The position numbers and the translations under genes were made by a program. From the human T2T-CHM13v2.0 reference genome, Homo sapiens: DNA of 64,000 bases. Every line of letters starts with the position of its first letter. Position 1 is the first letter of the stretch. The stretch lies in the NCBI RefSeq assembly GCF_009914755.1, contig NC_060926.1; one strand, written 5' to 3'. Of the stretch, positions 13,783 through 27,239 are shown one piece after another. Under the pieces are notes generated by a model. That model was not told the DNA's origin. It worked only from the letters and a program-made list of their open reading frames with translations, and searched no databases.

Positions 13783-16219
13783 AGTGTCCTGTAAGGTCTA
13801 ACTCAAGCACTAGAGTGTTGTTGAAAATAAACCAATTGATAAAACTTTCTATTTCATGAGGAGCTCTGTAAGGCAATCTTCTTTTTTTCTAAAGGATAAT
13901 TTTGGATACAAGAAAAATCTTTTTCTAATTATTTCTACAAATGTAGTTATTTTTGGCAGATTTTGATGGATGTACATTGATGGATAGCCACGTGGATCCA
14001 GAAAATAAAGGTAAGTATGTACCAGAGTGAATCAAGAAAGTCCTAAGATTTGATATGTCAGTCCAGGATTCTCCAACTAGCTTTTCTGTTTCCAACTGAA
14101 GACTTCTACTCTGCATTTGACTAAAGCAGAAGATATGCAAGGAAGCTCAGTCTCTCAATTGAGTGGATTCTGAAATTTATCCTGTTGTCTTCAGCTACTA
14201 AGGCTAATTTGCAAATCACACTGTGCACGGGTAAGCATAAACTGTAAGCATATATATTAATCTTCATTTTTTTAAATTGTAATCATTCACATATAAGCCT
14301 GGTCCACACTTAATTTCTTTCTTGGCTTCATTATTTTTTTTCTGTCAAACATTTTAAATTGCTGTGTTCCAGGTACTTAATATATATATGAGAGTAAGAT
14401 GTGATGTTTATTCTCTGACATCTCATAGCCTGGTTTCCAGGTACTGGTCCAGCTCTGTTAGCCTCCTGCCTGGAGACAGTAATTTCGTTTCAACTTCACC
14501 GGTCCTTTTCCAAGGAACAGGGACCAGGGAGACCCAGGGACCAATCTCTTGGGCCTCAACTTTCTGAGACTTTATTGTATCTAATATGGACCCTTTTGAA
14601 CATTAAAACTCTTCCCTTGAATATTTTCACCACTTGGATAGAGACCTATGTTTCCATTTACTACCTCCAGATTTGGGATAGAATTCCTGACCCAAATGTG
14701 ATTCATATTTTAATATCAGATCTGTTTGGAATCTCTATTTTGGGCCAATAGTACCCTCCTCATGTATAAGCCTCAAAGAGCAATTACACTTGGCCTTTAC
14801 TATTTCTGGACTCTCTATCTCCAAGTATCTCTATCACAGCTCAGCCACATTAATATGAAAGCATAAAGTGGCATGATAAACCAACCCTTTTTAATGTTTT
14901 CTCATTCCTGGATGCTGTGTCATTGTCAATTGTAACAATACTCTTTTTTCTTTCTTTTCTTTTCTTTCCAGTTTTATCTCTCCCAATAAATACAATATTC
15001 TACATCCTCTGTTGTACTCAGAATTTGGAAATTAACCCCAGTATGCTGATTAATAGTCATAACTATATCTAGATAACAAAATATGCATATATATGAAGGA
15101 GGCAGACAATAGGGGAGGGCAGGTTGAAAGTTTTTTTTATCCTAATTTCTTGAAACTCTTCTTACATGAGTCCCCTGACTACTCTTACATATGCATCATT
15201 TTCTCTCTCGTGATCACATATGCTTTAAAATATGTAAAATTTATATGAATATATTTTATGCCTGGCTGCATTTTAATACCTTCCGTCAAGGGTTCCAGGG
15301 TGAAATAGGAGCACTTAGGAAGCACTGCAATGAATTTACTGCTTATTCAGCATATTGATAGAGTCTTCTCTAAAACAACAAAAAGTGTTGACAGCAAACT
15401 GAAGATCTTAAAGGTAAGACAGACTGATCATACTTTAGTTGTTTATAAAGCTAAACTTATACATATTCACACTCAGGTTTTGAGGAAATGAATTCTTATA
15501 TAGAGTATTTTCTTACCCAGAGTTTACTGTTCCTCGAGTTAAAAAAAATTAAAGAATGAAAATGAGTCTTCGTCATTTTATTCCTTTCTTTTTCCCCATC
15601 AACCTTTACATTATTTTCTAATATTTTTCTGAACTTTCTGGCCAATAATCAAGATTTTGAAAAGAATAGGTTGTTTCAATGTCAGTTAGTTCCTTACTAA
15701 AGCTTTATTACAACTTTTTTTCTCACTTGTCTATTTCCTTGAGCAAACATGACATGAAGCATTTTCACAAGAGCCTGTTCCCAGAGAAATTAAAGTCAGT
15801 GAAAGGCCAGATCACATGGTAACAGATTTAGAAGGAAGGATGAATGATGCATTTCTTAACGGTAACAGAGAAATCAAGTTACATGCACTTATTTCTTTTA
15901 CTTTTGCAGACCATAAAAATGCAGTTTTTTTATACAACAGCATGTAAAATAATCTTTAATCCAGTATTCTGATTTGTTTTAGGTAATATGTATTAACTAA
16001 TAGTTTTCGGTTGTTAGTTTATTTTTTTCTGTTCTGAGAAACATAAATGGCATAAATTTGAATGTGAAATAATCAGGTATGAATAATTAAATGATTAAAT
16101 CATTGGAGTCTAAAGTTCAAACAGAAATAAGAAAATTAGATTATGTGGATAAATATTGACCAGATAAACAAAGAACCTCATTATTTCTTAGTAATGATGG
16201 TCTTCCTTCCACAAATGTC

Positions 16220-16780
16220 AACATCACCTTATAGTCACTCAGATGTGAAACTTAAAGTCTCCTTGATTCAGCTAAATGATACATTCCTTCTGGTACAGTC
16301 GATTCACCTAATGAAATATTTTTCCACTTCATCTTACCCTTTGCACTGATCCTGACACAACTCAATCTAGGTACAACCTTTGCACATGACCAACTGGTTT
16401 TCTTACTTTCCAGCCTTTTCTCCATCCATCCAGTCTATAATCAGTTTTATGTTCTCAAAACATATGTGTCATAAGTGTTCTTCCATGTTCACAAACCTTC
16501 AGTATTTCCAAAAATTTATAAGAGTGGTTCAGCATCTGTATATTATATAAACATCACCTGGGCATTTGATTTAAATGCAGGTATTAAATACCTAGAAACA
16601 ACTCTAGATACTCTGTTTGAAAAGATTGTCTGGCCAATATTGCTTCTTAAATATTACTCCAGGGTGATTAGAAAGCCGGTGGTCCAAAGTTTCACAAGTG
16701 TTATTCTACAGAATAAAGTTTAGTCATTGCCTTCCACAAGTAAAGGCACAATGGACCTTGCTAACTATATCTCTTACCCA
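16220..16780 (+). mobile_element. L2 fragment, interrupted by a MER5-like element
   Basis: caactggttttcttactttccagcc...aaaccttcagtatttcc, resuming at cagaataaagttt after 16709. Confidence 0.5.
16521..16700. mobile_element. MER5-like hAT relic
   Basis: atcacctgggcatttgatttaaatgcag...tactccagggtgatt...gtggtcc. Confidence 0.5.
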
Positions 16781-17236
16781 ACGAAGCAAGTTCTTTACTT
16801 TAGCTAAGATTCATATTGATTCTCTTTTCATATCCCCTTTTTCATTATTGCCTTCTCCCACTTATGAAGAAAAGTATGAGTCTTAGTCATCATCAGTCTT
16901 TTATAGTGCATTGAGGCGCAAATAAAAAGACGAAGTTATATATCATTATCTGAGATACCTCCTTTAACAAAGACACCATCCTTTTGGGAGGGCTTTATGA
17001 CGTTCACTGGCTTGTATGTGTGTCTGCATAGTGTAAGGCACGATATATGGAATGGAATTTGTGTTATCCAGTTAGTGTTTTGAAATCAAATTAAGATATA
17101 GAGTACTTTAGAGTGACTATTAGGAACACTGACAGTTTTATTTGTATAAGTTTAAAAATAGTATTTTCCAACAATTGTAGAAAAATAGATGATTTCTGAC
17201 AGAGAGCCTCAAAGTTGCTGGAAACCTGATCCATCT

Positions 17237-17400
17237 CTTTCTCCCTCTCCCTCTCTCTCTCTATATATATATATAATGAAGTTTATAAATATAAACTTAT
17301 GTTGTATATGAATTATATATGTAAACATGATATATATTTATCATTTTTGTGTATATAATATATAGATATTTATAAATTTGTATGATATATAAACTTTGCA
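17237..17400. repeat. (CT)n(AT)n microsatellite followed by AT-rich low-complexity sequence
   Basis: ctctctctctctctatatatatatataat is read directly from the sequence. Confidence 0.85.
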
Positions 17401-17516
17401 TTAAAGGTCTTCCTTTTTTGTTAACATCTACAAAATAAATAAAGTGGTACTCTTAAAAGCAAGATATTCAACCAAAGTATTAGAAATTTCTAAATATTTT
17501 CAATGTTATAGAGGGA

Positions 17517-18016
17517 AATGAAATATTATTCAGCCTTAAAAAAGAAGGAGATTCTACTATTTGAAACAACATGGATGAATGTGGAGGATGTTACTTAGTG
17601 AAATAATTCAGTCACAGAAGCGCAGATCCTGGAGGATTCCTCTTATGTGAGACATCTAGAAGTAGACAATAGATTGGTGATTACCAGGGAGTGAAGAAAG
17701 GGGGATAAGTTTAATCCTGTTCAATGGGTATGAAGTTAGTTATAAAAGGTATGTAAATTCCAGTGATTTGCTGTACAACATATCACCTATAGTTAACAAT
17801 AAAGTATTGTACATTTAAAAATTGTTAAAAGGGTACATCTTATGTTTAATGTTCTTACCACAAACAAAGAGAGACACAAGGAAACTTTTGGAGGGGATGG
17901 ATATATTTATACTTTGCAGTGGTGGTAAAGTGGATACCCATGTTCAAACTTAGTAAATTGTATACATTAATTATGTTCAGTTTGTATCATAATTTTATTT
18001 CAATAAAGCTGAAAAA
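17517..18016 (+). mobile_element. L1MB-like 3' end
   Basis: aatattattcagccttaaaaaagaagg...gttaacaataaagtattgtac...gacacaaggaaacttttggaggggatgg...tcaataaagctg. Confidence 0.85.
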
Positions 18017-18469
18017 GCACTGCTTTGTATTTTTATTTTAAACATTTATTCATATACATGTCTATTATTTATTTTAAATGTTACTCATATTCATTTTTAC
18101 CTATTATGCTCTGTTGCCACAGTGAAATTGTAATCTATTGCTGGATATGGATTTTGTTTCACATTTAGGTATTTTCTCTGATACTAAAAATGTGTATTCA
18201 ATAGATTATTGTTAAATTATAACAAATATTGAATTTATTTCTAAAAGCACAATATAACTCAACTTTATTTACATAGAAGACATACTGAAAATAGATACAA
18301 ACTGAAAAAAAAAGTTGCTTTCTCCAAGTATTTTAATAATTTTAACAACACTCAGAGAAAAGTCACACTTCCCTGACAGTGATAACTAAATTTTGAAATA
18401 AAATTCCAGTCAAGCAAGTATTAACTTTTTTCTAGCAATTTTACATTAAAACTATAGAAAGACTTTCAG

Positions 18470-18570
18470 AATCAAGAGTACTATGAAACAGGAAGCCTGA
18501 TTTTCTATCTTAGCTATATCACTTGTTTTCTGTGACCTTAAAACAATTTCTATTCATCTTTTCCTGAACT
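18470..18570 (+). mobile_element. Degenerate MIR
   Basis: caggaagcctgattttctatcttagct...ctgtgacctta. Confidence 0.4.
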
Positions 18571-21500
18571 AAAAAAAAAATGTAAACTTTTACGACTAAT
18601 TCATCAGATATTTCTTAGGTTAAAATCCAAACAGAAAGTATTTTCACATTAAAGACTTCTGTTATTACAGTGTGGACCAGAGCACACAGAACATGAAAGC
18701 AAGTCAATTCCCTAGGCATCTTTAGAAATGTTCTTTTCTTAGAGAGAAAAATTGGAAAACAAATGGATTCAAAAATCTATCTTCAAAATACAGAGTTGGG
18801 AAAGGAATCTTATCCATTTCTTCTCATTGTCAAGAAATGACTGCATTAGAGTTCCAAATATATGTAGTACAAAATAATATAATTATGGATGTCTTCACAT
18901 TTGATGTTGTGACACACCTGATAAGGCCAGTGCACTTGACGTAAAGGCTGACGATTGCTCAATGAGCAGATATGCCACACTTCTATATATTCTGGCAGCT
19001 TCTATTACAGTCTGGAGTCAACTCAGGACAACTCTTCATGACTCTATGTCAAGTTGTATTCAAAAACATGTCAACTCTAATGTTCCATCATTTAGACATT
19101 TGTAATCGTTCTGGTTAATTACTATTGGAACTGACATCCCATTTTCACTCTACTGCCACATAACCAAGCAAGCTCGATCAACCTCAAATTCATCGCAGCA
19201 TGGCAACAGAAAGATTTGTTCCCACATGTTCAATTATCATTTCCTTATTTCTCAATGAGAAATTATATTTTCCTATAAATTGCCAACAGTATCTATCAAA
19301 AGTCAAGCAATTACATATTTCTGATGGCAATAGAAGCAGAGAGAAAACTTAACAACTTGGATGTTATCCATACTAAGTTTAGGATCTTTTCCCCTCTTCA
19401 CACAGCTTGGTAGAATTCTTCTAACAAAGACCAAAACTGAAACTTCAGTACATATATTAGATTGGTTCAATATCCAATATCAATATTGAACACTAGTATC
19501 AAATCAGATTTTACAATAATATTTTCCTTAGCAATAATTACCAAGGTGGTAATTATAATATTTGGAAGGTTGAATAAGGGAGATTTCTCATTATCTAATA
19601 TTTTTATATTCAATAATAACATGTTTCTATTCTGAGGAAGATTATTTTTGGGGAGAATTTCTGAATAATAAAGATAAATATTTTCAAGACAGGTGCCAAT
19701 CAACCCAACTGAAATGTCACAAATTTTCAACAGCAGAGGGCAATCTTCTCTAGCAAAAGTATATGTAGGGTAAAAATCTCTGGCTGTAGATTCTTCACTG
19801 ATAATATATTTTTGTCTAATTTCTCCCTCTAAAGTAAATAAATAAATATATAAATATATGGGTATATATAATATATGTATTTTAAGGCTATAGATTATAC
19901 ACTAATCTTTTGTGTTTGAACATTTATTATTGTTACTATTATTTTGAATGAAGTGTTCAACAGTAAGCAATAAGGGGCAGGATGAGATCTGTTATCAAAT
20001 CTTCTTAAGGGTAATGCACCATTTAATGAAGGTTTTATGGACGGGAAACAATGTGCATCACCTAGAAGAAAAACATTACAAAGGACTTGGTACCACCAGT
20101 ACATTCTGTATTCTGCCATAGACTTACTTATTTAAATTGAAATGAAAGCTGATCCACTATAACCAGAAGGTAACTGACAATCTGATAAAAACAAATTCAC
20201 TAAGTAATTGCCTGCTACTAATAGCAAGCATCTGTCTTTAGTATAACTTGACCGTTATTTTTGAAAGTCAAAGTGATGTATGCATCAATAGGAAAAGTTA
20301 TACAGCAAGGAAAATGGTTGGGAATTCAGGTTGAACCTATTGATCCATAGGAGGAAGATTTCAGCCAGTAACCCTAGCCAAAATCAAGTTCTTTTTGGTA
20401 GCTTTTCAGTGATTAAGAGTAAATTTGCTGTAGTGCAACTCCATTTACTAAATCATGTGGAAGCTACTACTTTTATTGTCTTTATTAGAATTTTATCTAA
20501 TGCCTTAACAATATAGTAACACTCTCTTTCTGACCGTTAATGGGCTAATATACCAGACAGATATATAAAATATCAAGTATCAAAATATTTTAATTTGTAT
20601 TGATTCATATTTTTCTCCAATGTTTAAAATTGATGTTAGGAAACTGAAAAATTGAGTCTCTGTTTATAACTCAGGAAGGAAAACACTCAAAGGAAAGAGC
20701 AACCCTGGTTTGAAGGGAGGCAGAAGGGTGATTGAGTGTACATAGCTTCTTAAACCTGCAGAAGGATGTTAGAGTTAAGGGTCTGTAGTATTTTTGCCAC
20801 AGTCATGGATTGCCTTTTGGTGTCTCAGGGTAGCTCAACCCAGCACTGAAAGTAGTAGAGATCCACAGCAACTAGCTGTAGTGATTTCCATGAATCCCTG
20901 AAGTTAGCCTCTCATCACAGAAAAAGGCATTTCTCAGGCACTCCTTAGAGGTTGGTTAATGGAGTCTAAGGATAAAGGAAGACACTTCTTAGAAACTGGC
21001 AAGTGAGGAAAAAGACATCATAATGGGTACATCTCTGGGTGGAACATTTAGAATCGCTCTCGAGCCAAAAAGAAAGACTAGACTTTCTCTGGATTAGTAA
21101 TTCTAATAGTGACAGGTTTTTTTGGTCAAATAAAAACATTCCAATTTAGAGGAATAAGCCAAAGTATGTTTCTTTTATGTATTACATTTTATAGAGGCAA
21201 AATCTATTTTAATTATAAGCTAAGTTTATGTAAATATAATTTCCCACTCTCTGTAAATGTAGTAAATATTATAGAAGAAAATTGTTCCATATAATTATAT
21301 ATAAAGGTATAAAATATAACATTATTATCAATTTATATTGTTTATTAGAATGTGTGTGTCCCACCCCTGCAGTACTTCAGCATTCTGAGGTAACAAGACA
21401 GTTGGCTTACTGCATCTTAGAAAGGCTTATTGATTTTGTTATTGCTACAACTATCATGGAAGCAGAGGCAGCAATTTCTCAAGCCTAGTTCCAAAAGGAT

Positions 21501-22019
21501 TAAACCTGACAAAGATTTATGTAAGTCAAAATCTTTGTATTCTATTGCAACCATATAACATCATCTTCTTCAGTTTTACCTTCCTCGCATGACCCTAACA
21601 GAAACAAATGAGACTAGAAGAAATATTAGGAGGCATCTGAAGAAATAAAAGGAGACATGCTTACCTTTCCACTTTGACTCCAAAACTAGGAAATAATTTT
21701 CTTGTTTAAAACCTCATATAGCAATTGATTGCTTTTATGGGTTCTTGGCATACAAAATAATGCCAAGATATTATTGCTTTTTCAAAAGAAAGGCTGATAT
21801 TTGAGTTTTCATCTATGGCCTGTATTGGGAGAGCAGATACATATTAATATTCAGCTTAAAATATGAAACACAGGTTAAGGGAAATTTATTTTTATGGCAA
21901 AAGAAAATGTAGATTATCTGACCCAAAATATCTATCACTGATACTGTATGACTGTCCCATCATTGTATTTTGGGAAGAGCTAACTTGTATTTTGAGTTTC
22001 ATAGGTTCACAAATTGGGT

Positions 22020-22231
22020 CCCAGGATGGGTCAGATCCAAAATCTCACTCACACCTGACATATCTGATTTAGATAATTTAGATAATGAGATGTGAGGCCG
22101 TTTAGCTGATAAAATTTAGACGAGATTTTAGATTTAAGTTGTAATGATTGAGACTTTTGGAAACCTTGGGCTAGGATGAATATATTTTGCATGTGGAATT
22201 GACATGAATCTTTGGGGGCCAGAGGGCAGAC
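22020..22231 (+). mobile_element. MLT1 internal region 3' end with polypurine tract
   Basis: gatttagataatttagataatgagat...gcatgtggaattgacatgaatctttgggggccagagggcagac lies directly before the LTR. Confidence 0.75.
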
Positions 22232-22763
22232 TATGGTTGGCAGAATATCAATAATATCCCCAATAATACCATTGTTTGAATCCCAAATATCTGGAAATGT
22301 GTTTCTTACACATTTAATGTGTAATCATAATATAGTTTATAGTTTGCAAATATAATATAGTTTGCAAATATGATTAGGTTAAGGAACTTGAGTTGGGGAG
22401 CTTATTCTGGATTATTTTAGTGGTCTCAGTCTAATAACATGATACCTTAAATTCAAAGACTTTTTCCTGGCTGGAGTCAGAGGGAGATATGATTATGGAA
22501 GAATAGTCAGAGAAATTCAGTGTTGCTCGCTTTAAAAATGGAAGACGGGCATCCTGAGTCAAAGATTATGGGTGGCTTCTAGAAGCTAGAAAAGTCAAGG
22601 AAGTGGATTCTCCCCTGGAGCCTCCAGAAAAGAATGCATTCCTGCTGACACCATGTAATCCACCCCAGACATTTAACACACACAACTCTAAAATAATACA
22701 TTTGTATTGTTTTAAGCCTCAAATTGAGGGTAATTTGTCACAGCAGCAATTAAAAGTAAGACA
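22232..22763 (+). mobile_element. MLT1D-like MaLR LTR
   Basis: tatggttggcagaat...ctagaagctagaaaagtcaaggaagtggattctcccctggagcctccaga...gtaatttgtcacagcagcaat...aagaca. Confidence 0.85.
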
Positions 22764-24210
22764 GATTATAACCATATTAATTAGTTGTGGAGATTACATG
22801 TAAAATATATGCAGAGTACTTGCCATATATAGGCATTTTTTAGTGATCAACATTTCCTGACTAATCCCAATACATCTGTATCCTGTTCATTCCTAATTTC
22901 TTCAACAATATATAATTTTACACTTCCCTGTACTCTACTTTATTTATATTTAATATTGAATAGACCGTAGCTTTTGTATTTAATTATATACTTGTTAATG
23001 ACAGAGTTGAGGCTCATTTTTGTAACTCCTTTACCTTCTTCTATATTTTCATTGTTCATTCACTCAAATATTTGGCAGAAATATATTTTAGACTATAAAA
23101 TCTATATAGTCTATTCTGTAGATTATTAAAATAGTCAATAAATCAGACTCTGTCATTCTGCATCCACTCATTCTTTATGATAAGCCTATCATTTGCTTTT
23201 TAATGAGTGTTTTCAGAGAAAAATCTGTTTAAAATTTTACTCCTATGCATTATTGCTGCCATTACTGGTTATTATTATTATTGCTGCTGCTTTTTTAGAA
23301 TCAAAAAATAGTATTGGTTTTAGGCTTACTCTGCTTTAATTTTATATATTTACTTTTAAGAATAATGGCATTATTTTTCTTTGGAAAAAATATACATAGG
23401 CATTGTAAAATATTTAAAAATATAAAAATACAATGAACAAAGTTAAAAACATCCTTTTATACGTAATGAAGGAACATCCATCATTACTATTTGATGACTA
23501 TTATTTCACATATCCTAAACAGAGAGAAATCAAGAAAAATAGATAAAATAATTTTATAATAGTGAGACAATAATACACATTTTATTTATAAAGTATATTA
23601 ACATGAATATATATATTTAAAGTATAATTATAATAAGCATGTTCTAAATATTACATAACACTGCAAATAAGAGGATTGCTCAATTTGTTGGCTTTACTTT
23701 GGACTATTTACCTCCTCTGAATATATGTGAATTTGAAGTTCCCCAACGATGTCTCTTAGATCTTTTCAGACTTGTTTGCTTATCTTGACTGCTCATTTCT
23801 GACAAGTAAAGGTGTGTAAAACAATTCTTCAGAATAAATCTACTCCTAATCTCCTCACCTTGCATTCAGTTATTAGAAAATTTATTTGTATAGGCAGAAA
23901 AAGTTAACAATGCTGAGATGGTATACCTGACGGTATTTTGTTTTTTGTGTGTGTGCTTCCAGAAACAACCTGTTCAGTGGCTGCTGATTAACTCCCCAAG
24001 ATTGATGTACTGAAGAAGGATGACCTCCCCTTGACAGCAATGCTACTAGTCAATAACGACCACTGTGACTCAGAACAAATTCTCTGGGGGCAGGCAGTGA
24101 AGCTTCTTCTCTTGTTGACCTTACCAGACCACAAGGCTGAAAATATTCTGTGGCCTGATGCCCTTAAATTGATCATATTAATACAATCAAGCAGAAAAGA
24201 AATTAATTTT

Positions 24211-24350
24211 CCCTCTCTCTCTCTGTCTATATATATACTTACTACTATATATATGTGTGTATATATATGCTATATATGTGTGTGTATATATATAGCAGTA
24301 CATATAGATATAATTAGTATATATAGAAGTAGTAAATATATAAAAATATA
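24211..24350. repeat. Compound (CT)n/(TA)n/(TG)n microsatellite
   Basis: Read directly from the sequence. Confidence 0.85.
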
Positions 24351-24444
24351 TTTGTATTCCTCTTCAGCTCCATACTTGAGATTAAAAAGTATCCTTTAAG
24401 AGTTCATACATCTAGACCTCTCTTCTGAAAAGAATAATAATCTC

Positions 24445-24592
24445 CTGTTTATCTATGCACTTATTTGCTAAATAAAGAAGAATATTGAGCACCCAAAATA
24501 TGTCTGATATTATTGTAGACACTGTGATATTGGAGGAAAACAAAGAAACAAAGATACAAACATACTTACCTTCATGGAGATTTAGATTTCCT
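24445..24592 (-). mobile_element. L2 3' end
   Basis: aatattgagcacccaaaatatgtctg...tagacactgtgata...ccttcatggagatttagatt. Confidence 0.65.
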
Positions 24593-24959
24593 GAGTGTTT
24601 TTTGCTACAACACTGCAATTGCTGTCTGCATTGAACACTTAGAACAGGGTCATACAGGTGGTACCTTATATCAAGCTGATGAGTTTCCATAAGTGCCAAG
24701 CAAAGGGACAGAATGTCAGGGTTAGAGTCCCTGGGAAATAATCTAGAAAACTCTATTAGAAATAAACGCTGCCCCTCTATGGACCTATAACTCTCATAAA
24801 GTTTAACATTTACATGGGAGACACTAGCACTCTCCAAGCCTAAAATACCTTTCACTGGAAATGAGTGTTAAACAAAATCCAAAGTAATGATACATTAATC
24901 AATTTAAGTAAATAAGAAAGGTATATTTTATTACTATGGATAATATGGTAAATGATATA

Positions 24960-25400
24960 TATTTAATTTTATTTTCCAGTCATTCATTTTTATCATATAG
25001 AAAGGCAATTCATTTTTATATTGACTTTGTATCCTGCAATATTGTTAATTTAGTCTAGTAAGTTTTTAAAAGGCATTTCTTAGAATTTCCGACACATGCA
25101 ATTATGTTACAAGTAAAATAGTTTGCCTTATTCATTTTAATCTGTATTCATTTTCTTTTCTTTTCTTGCCTATGGTACTGGCTACGACCTCAAGTATCAA
25201 CTGGTGTTAACAAACATCCCTGCCTTTTTCCAGTCTCTTATTATTTCACTGTTAAGTAGTCTGTTAGCTGTAGGTATCGATAGATTCCCTCTATGAAAAT
25301 GAATACATTTTCTTCTACCCTAGTGTGTTAAGAACTTTTATTACTCATAAGTACCAAATTTTGTTGAATAATTGTTTTGCCTCCACTGACATAGTCATAG
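24960..25400 (-). mobile_element. Old L1M ORF2 fragment
   Basis: atatagaaaggcaattcatttttatattgactttgtatcctgcaa is a typical antisense L1 motif. Confidence 0.65.
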
Positions 25401-25680
25401 GGTTATATTTGCATTTCCTTGGTAACTAATGATGTTGAGTAACTTTTCATGTGCTTATTGTCCATATAGATATTTTTTGTGACGTGTCTGTTCAAGATGA
25501 TTACCCTTTTTCATTTAACTGTTTGTTTTGATATTACTGAATTGTAAATGTTTTTTATATATTCTACATATAAGCCTTTTTATGATGTATATTTGTAAAT
25601 AACTTCTCTCAATCATGACTTGTCCTTTCATTTTTATTAGCTGTTTTAAGAAAAAGTTTTTAATTTTGGTAAAATTTACC

Positions 25681-25977
25681 TTTTTTTTTTTTTTTCCAGA
25701 CGGCGTCTCGCTGTGTTACCCAGGCTGGAGTGCAGTGGCGCGATCTCAGCTCACTGCAACCTCACCTCCCGGGTTCAAGTGATTCCTCTGCCTCAGCCTC
25801 CCGAGTAGCTGGGACTACAGGTGCGTGCCACCATGCCTGGCTCATTTTTTTTGTATTTTAGTAGAGACGGGGTTTCACCATGTTGGCCAGGATGGCCTCG
25901 ATTTCCTGACCTTGTGATCCGCCCGCCTCGGCCTTCCAAAGCGCTGGGATTACAGTCATGAGCCACCGTGCCCGGCC
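25681..25977 (-). mobile_element. AluSc-like
   Basis: Full dimer with ccaggatgg...gatttcctgaccttgtgatcc and caacctc...ttcaagtgattc. Degenerate TSD aaatttacct/aaatgtatct. Confidence 0.93.
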
Positions 25978-26045
25978 AAATGTATCTATTTTTTAATAGT
26001 TTGTACTTGTTGTTCTCTATTTAAGAAATGTTGTTTGCCTATCTG

Positions 26046-26086
26046 AAAACCAAAAAAACAAACAAACAAACAAAAAAAAAAACAAA
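26046..26086. repeat. A-rich (CAAA)n tract
   Basis: aaaaccaaaaaaacaaacaaacaaacaaaaaaaaaaacaaa. Confidence 0.85.
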
Positions 26087-26409
26087 CTCACCTTGAATTG
26101 TAATAATCCCCAGGTGTCAAAGGCAGGGCCAGGTGGAGATAATTGAATCATAGAAGCGGTTTCCCCAATACTGTTCTCGTGGTAGTGAATAAGTCTCACG
26201 AGATCTGATAATTTTATAAATGGGAGTTCCCCTGCATAAGCTCTCTTGCCTGCCGCAAAGTAAGACAGGTATTTGCCTCTTCTTTGCCTTCCGCCGTGAT
26301 TGTGAGGCCTCCCCAGCCATGTGGAACTGTGAGTTCATTAAAACTCTTTTCTTTATAAATTACCAGTCTCGTGTGTGTCCTTATAGCAGTGTGAGAATGA
26401 AGAAATACA
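26083..26409 (+). mobile_element. THE1C/D-like LTR, 5' ~30 bp missing
   Basis: cttgaattgtaataatcccc...gtgaataagtctcacgagatctga...gaggcctccccagccatgtggaactgtgag...aataca. Confidence 0.9.
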
Positions 26410-27239
26410 TTTTTTTCATATTTCACATATAATTTAACAATTTTAGTTAGTATAGATGAATAATTTATCTTGAGGTTTTTTAAATGCATGACTTAAGGAA
26501 AAGGTTGACATTTATCCTTCCTCCCAAAGAGGATATGCAGTTATCCCAACACCGCTTGTTGAAAAAGCTTCTTTTATCTTGTAAATTGTCTTCACCACTT
26601 TGCCAATAATTAATAGACCATGTAAATGTAGATCTATTTCTGGATTTTATTTTTTTCCATTTCCCTACTGGGCCAATGCCTTGTCTGGATTTGATTGTCT
26701 TGATGACTACACTTTGAAATGTCTTCTAAATTGTCCTGCTTTTCAAAGATTCTTCTGACTTTTCTAAATAATTTGCTAATATGTAAATTTTAAAATCAGC
26801 TTCTCAACCTCTCACAAAAAAGCCTACTAGAATTTTAATTGGGATTGAATTCCATCTACAAGTCAATTTGGACAGAACGGCCATTTTCAACAATAATGAA
26901 TTTTTCAGTTCCCAAACATGATGTATTTACTCCATTTACTTTTTTTCTATTTCTCTTTGCAATGTTTTCTAGTTTTCCATTTACCAATTTTATACATTTG
27001 TTGTTTATTCCTAGTATATTTTTCTAGATACTAATAATAAACTTTTTTTATCATTAGACTTCAGTGAAACTTTGTTTTTGAATGCTAATATTATATCTGA
27101 AAATCTTTGTACATTCATATATAAGAGCTGGTGGTTTTTGTGTAGATTTCTTAGGATTTTTCTATATAAACAGTTATACAGTCTGAATAAAACAGTTTTG
27201 TTTCTTTTGTTTCAATTGTTTGATATGACATTTCTTTTT

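Noticed and set aside
21660-21695. Possible 21-nt minus-strand microexon (ttcctag...AAG|GTAAGC)
   Set aside because: Isolated, with a short pyrimidine tract. Such matches are expected by chance in 64 kb.
24031-24855. ORFs of 122 aa (+) and 147 aa (-)
   Set aside because: They run through a TA/TG microsatellite and an L2 relic, start at non-ATG codons and resemble no protein I know.
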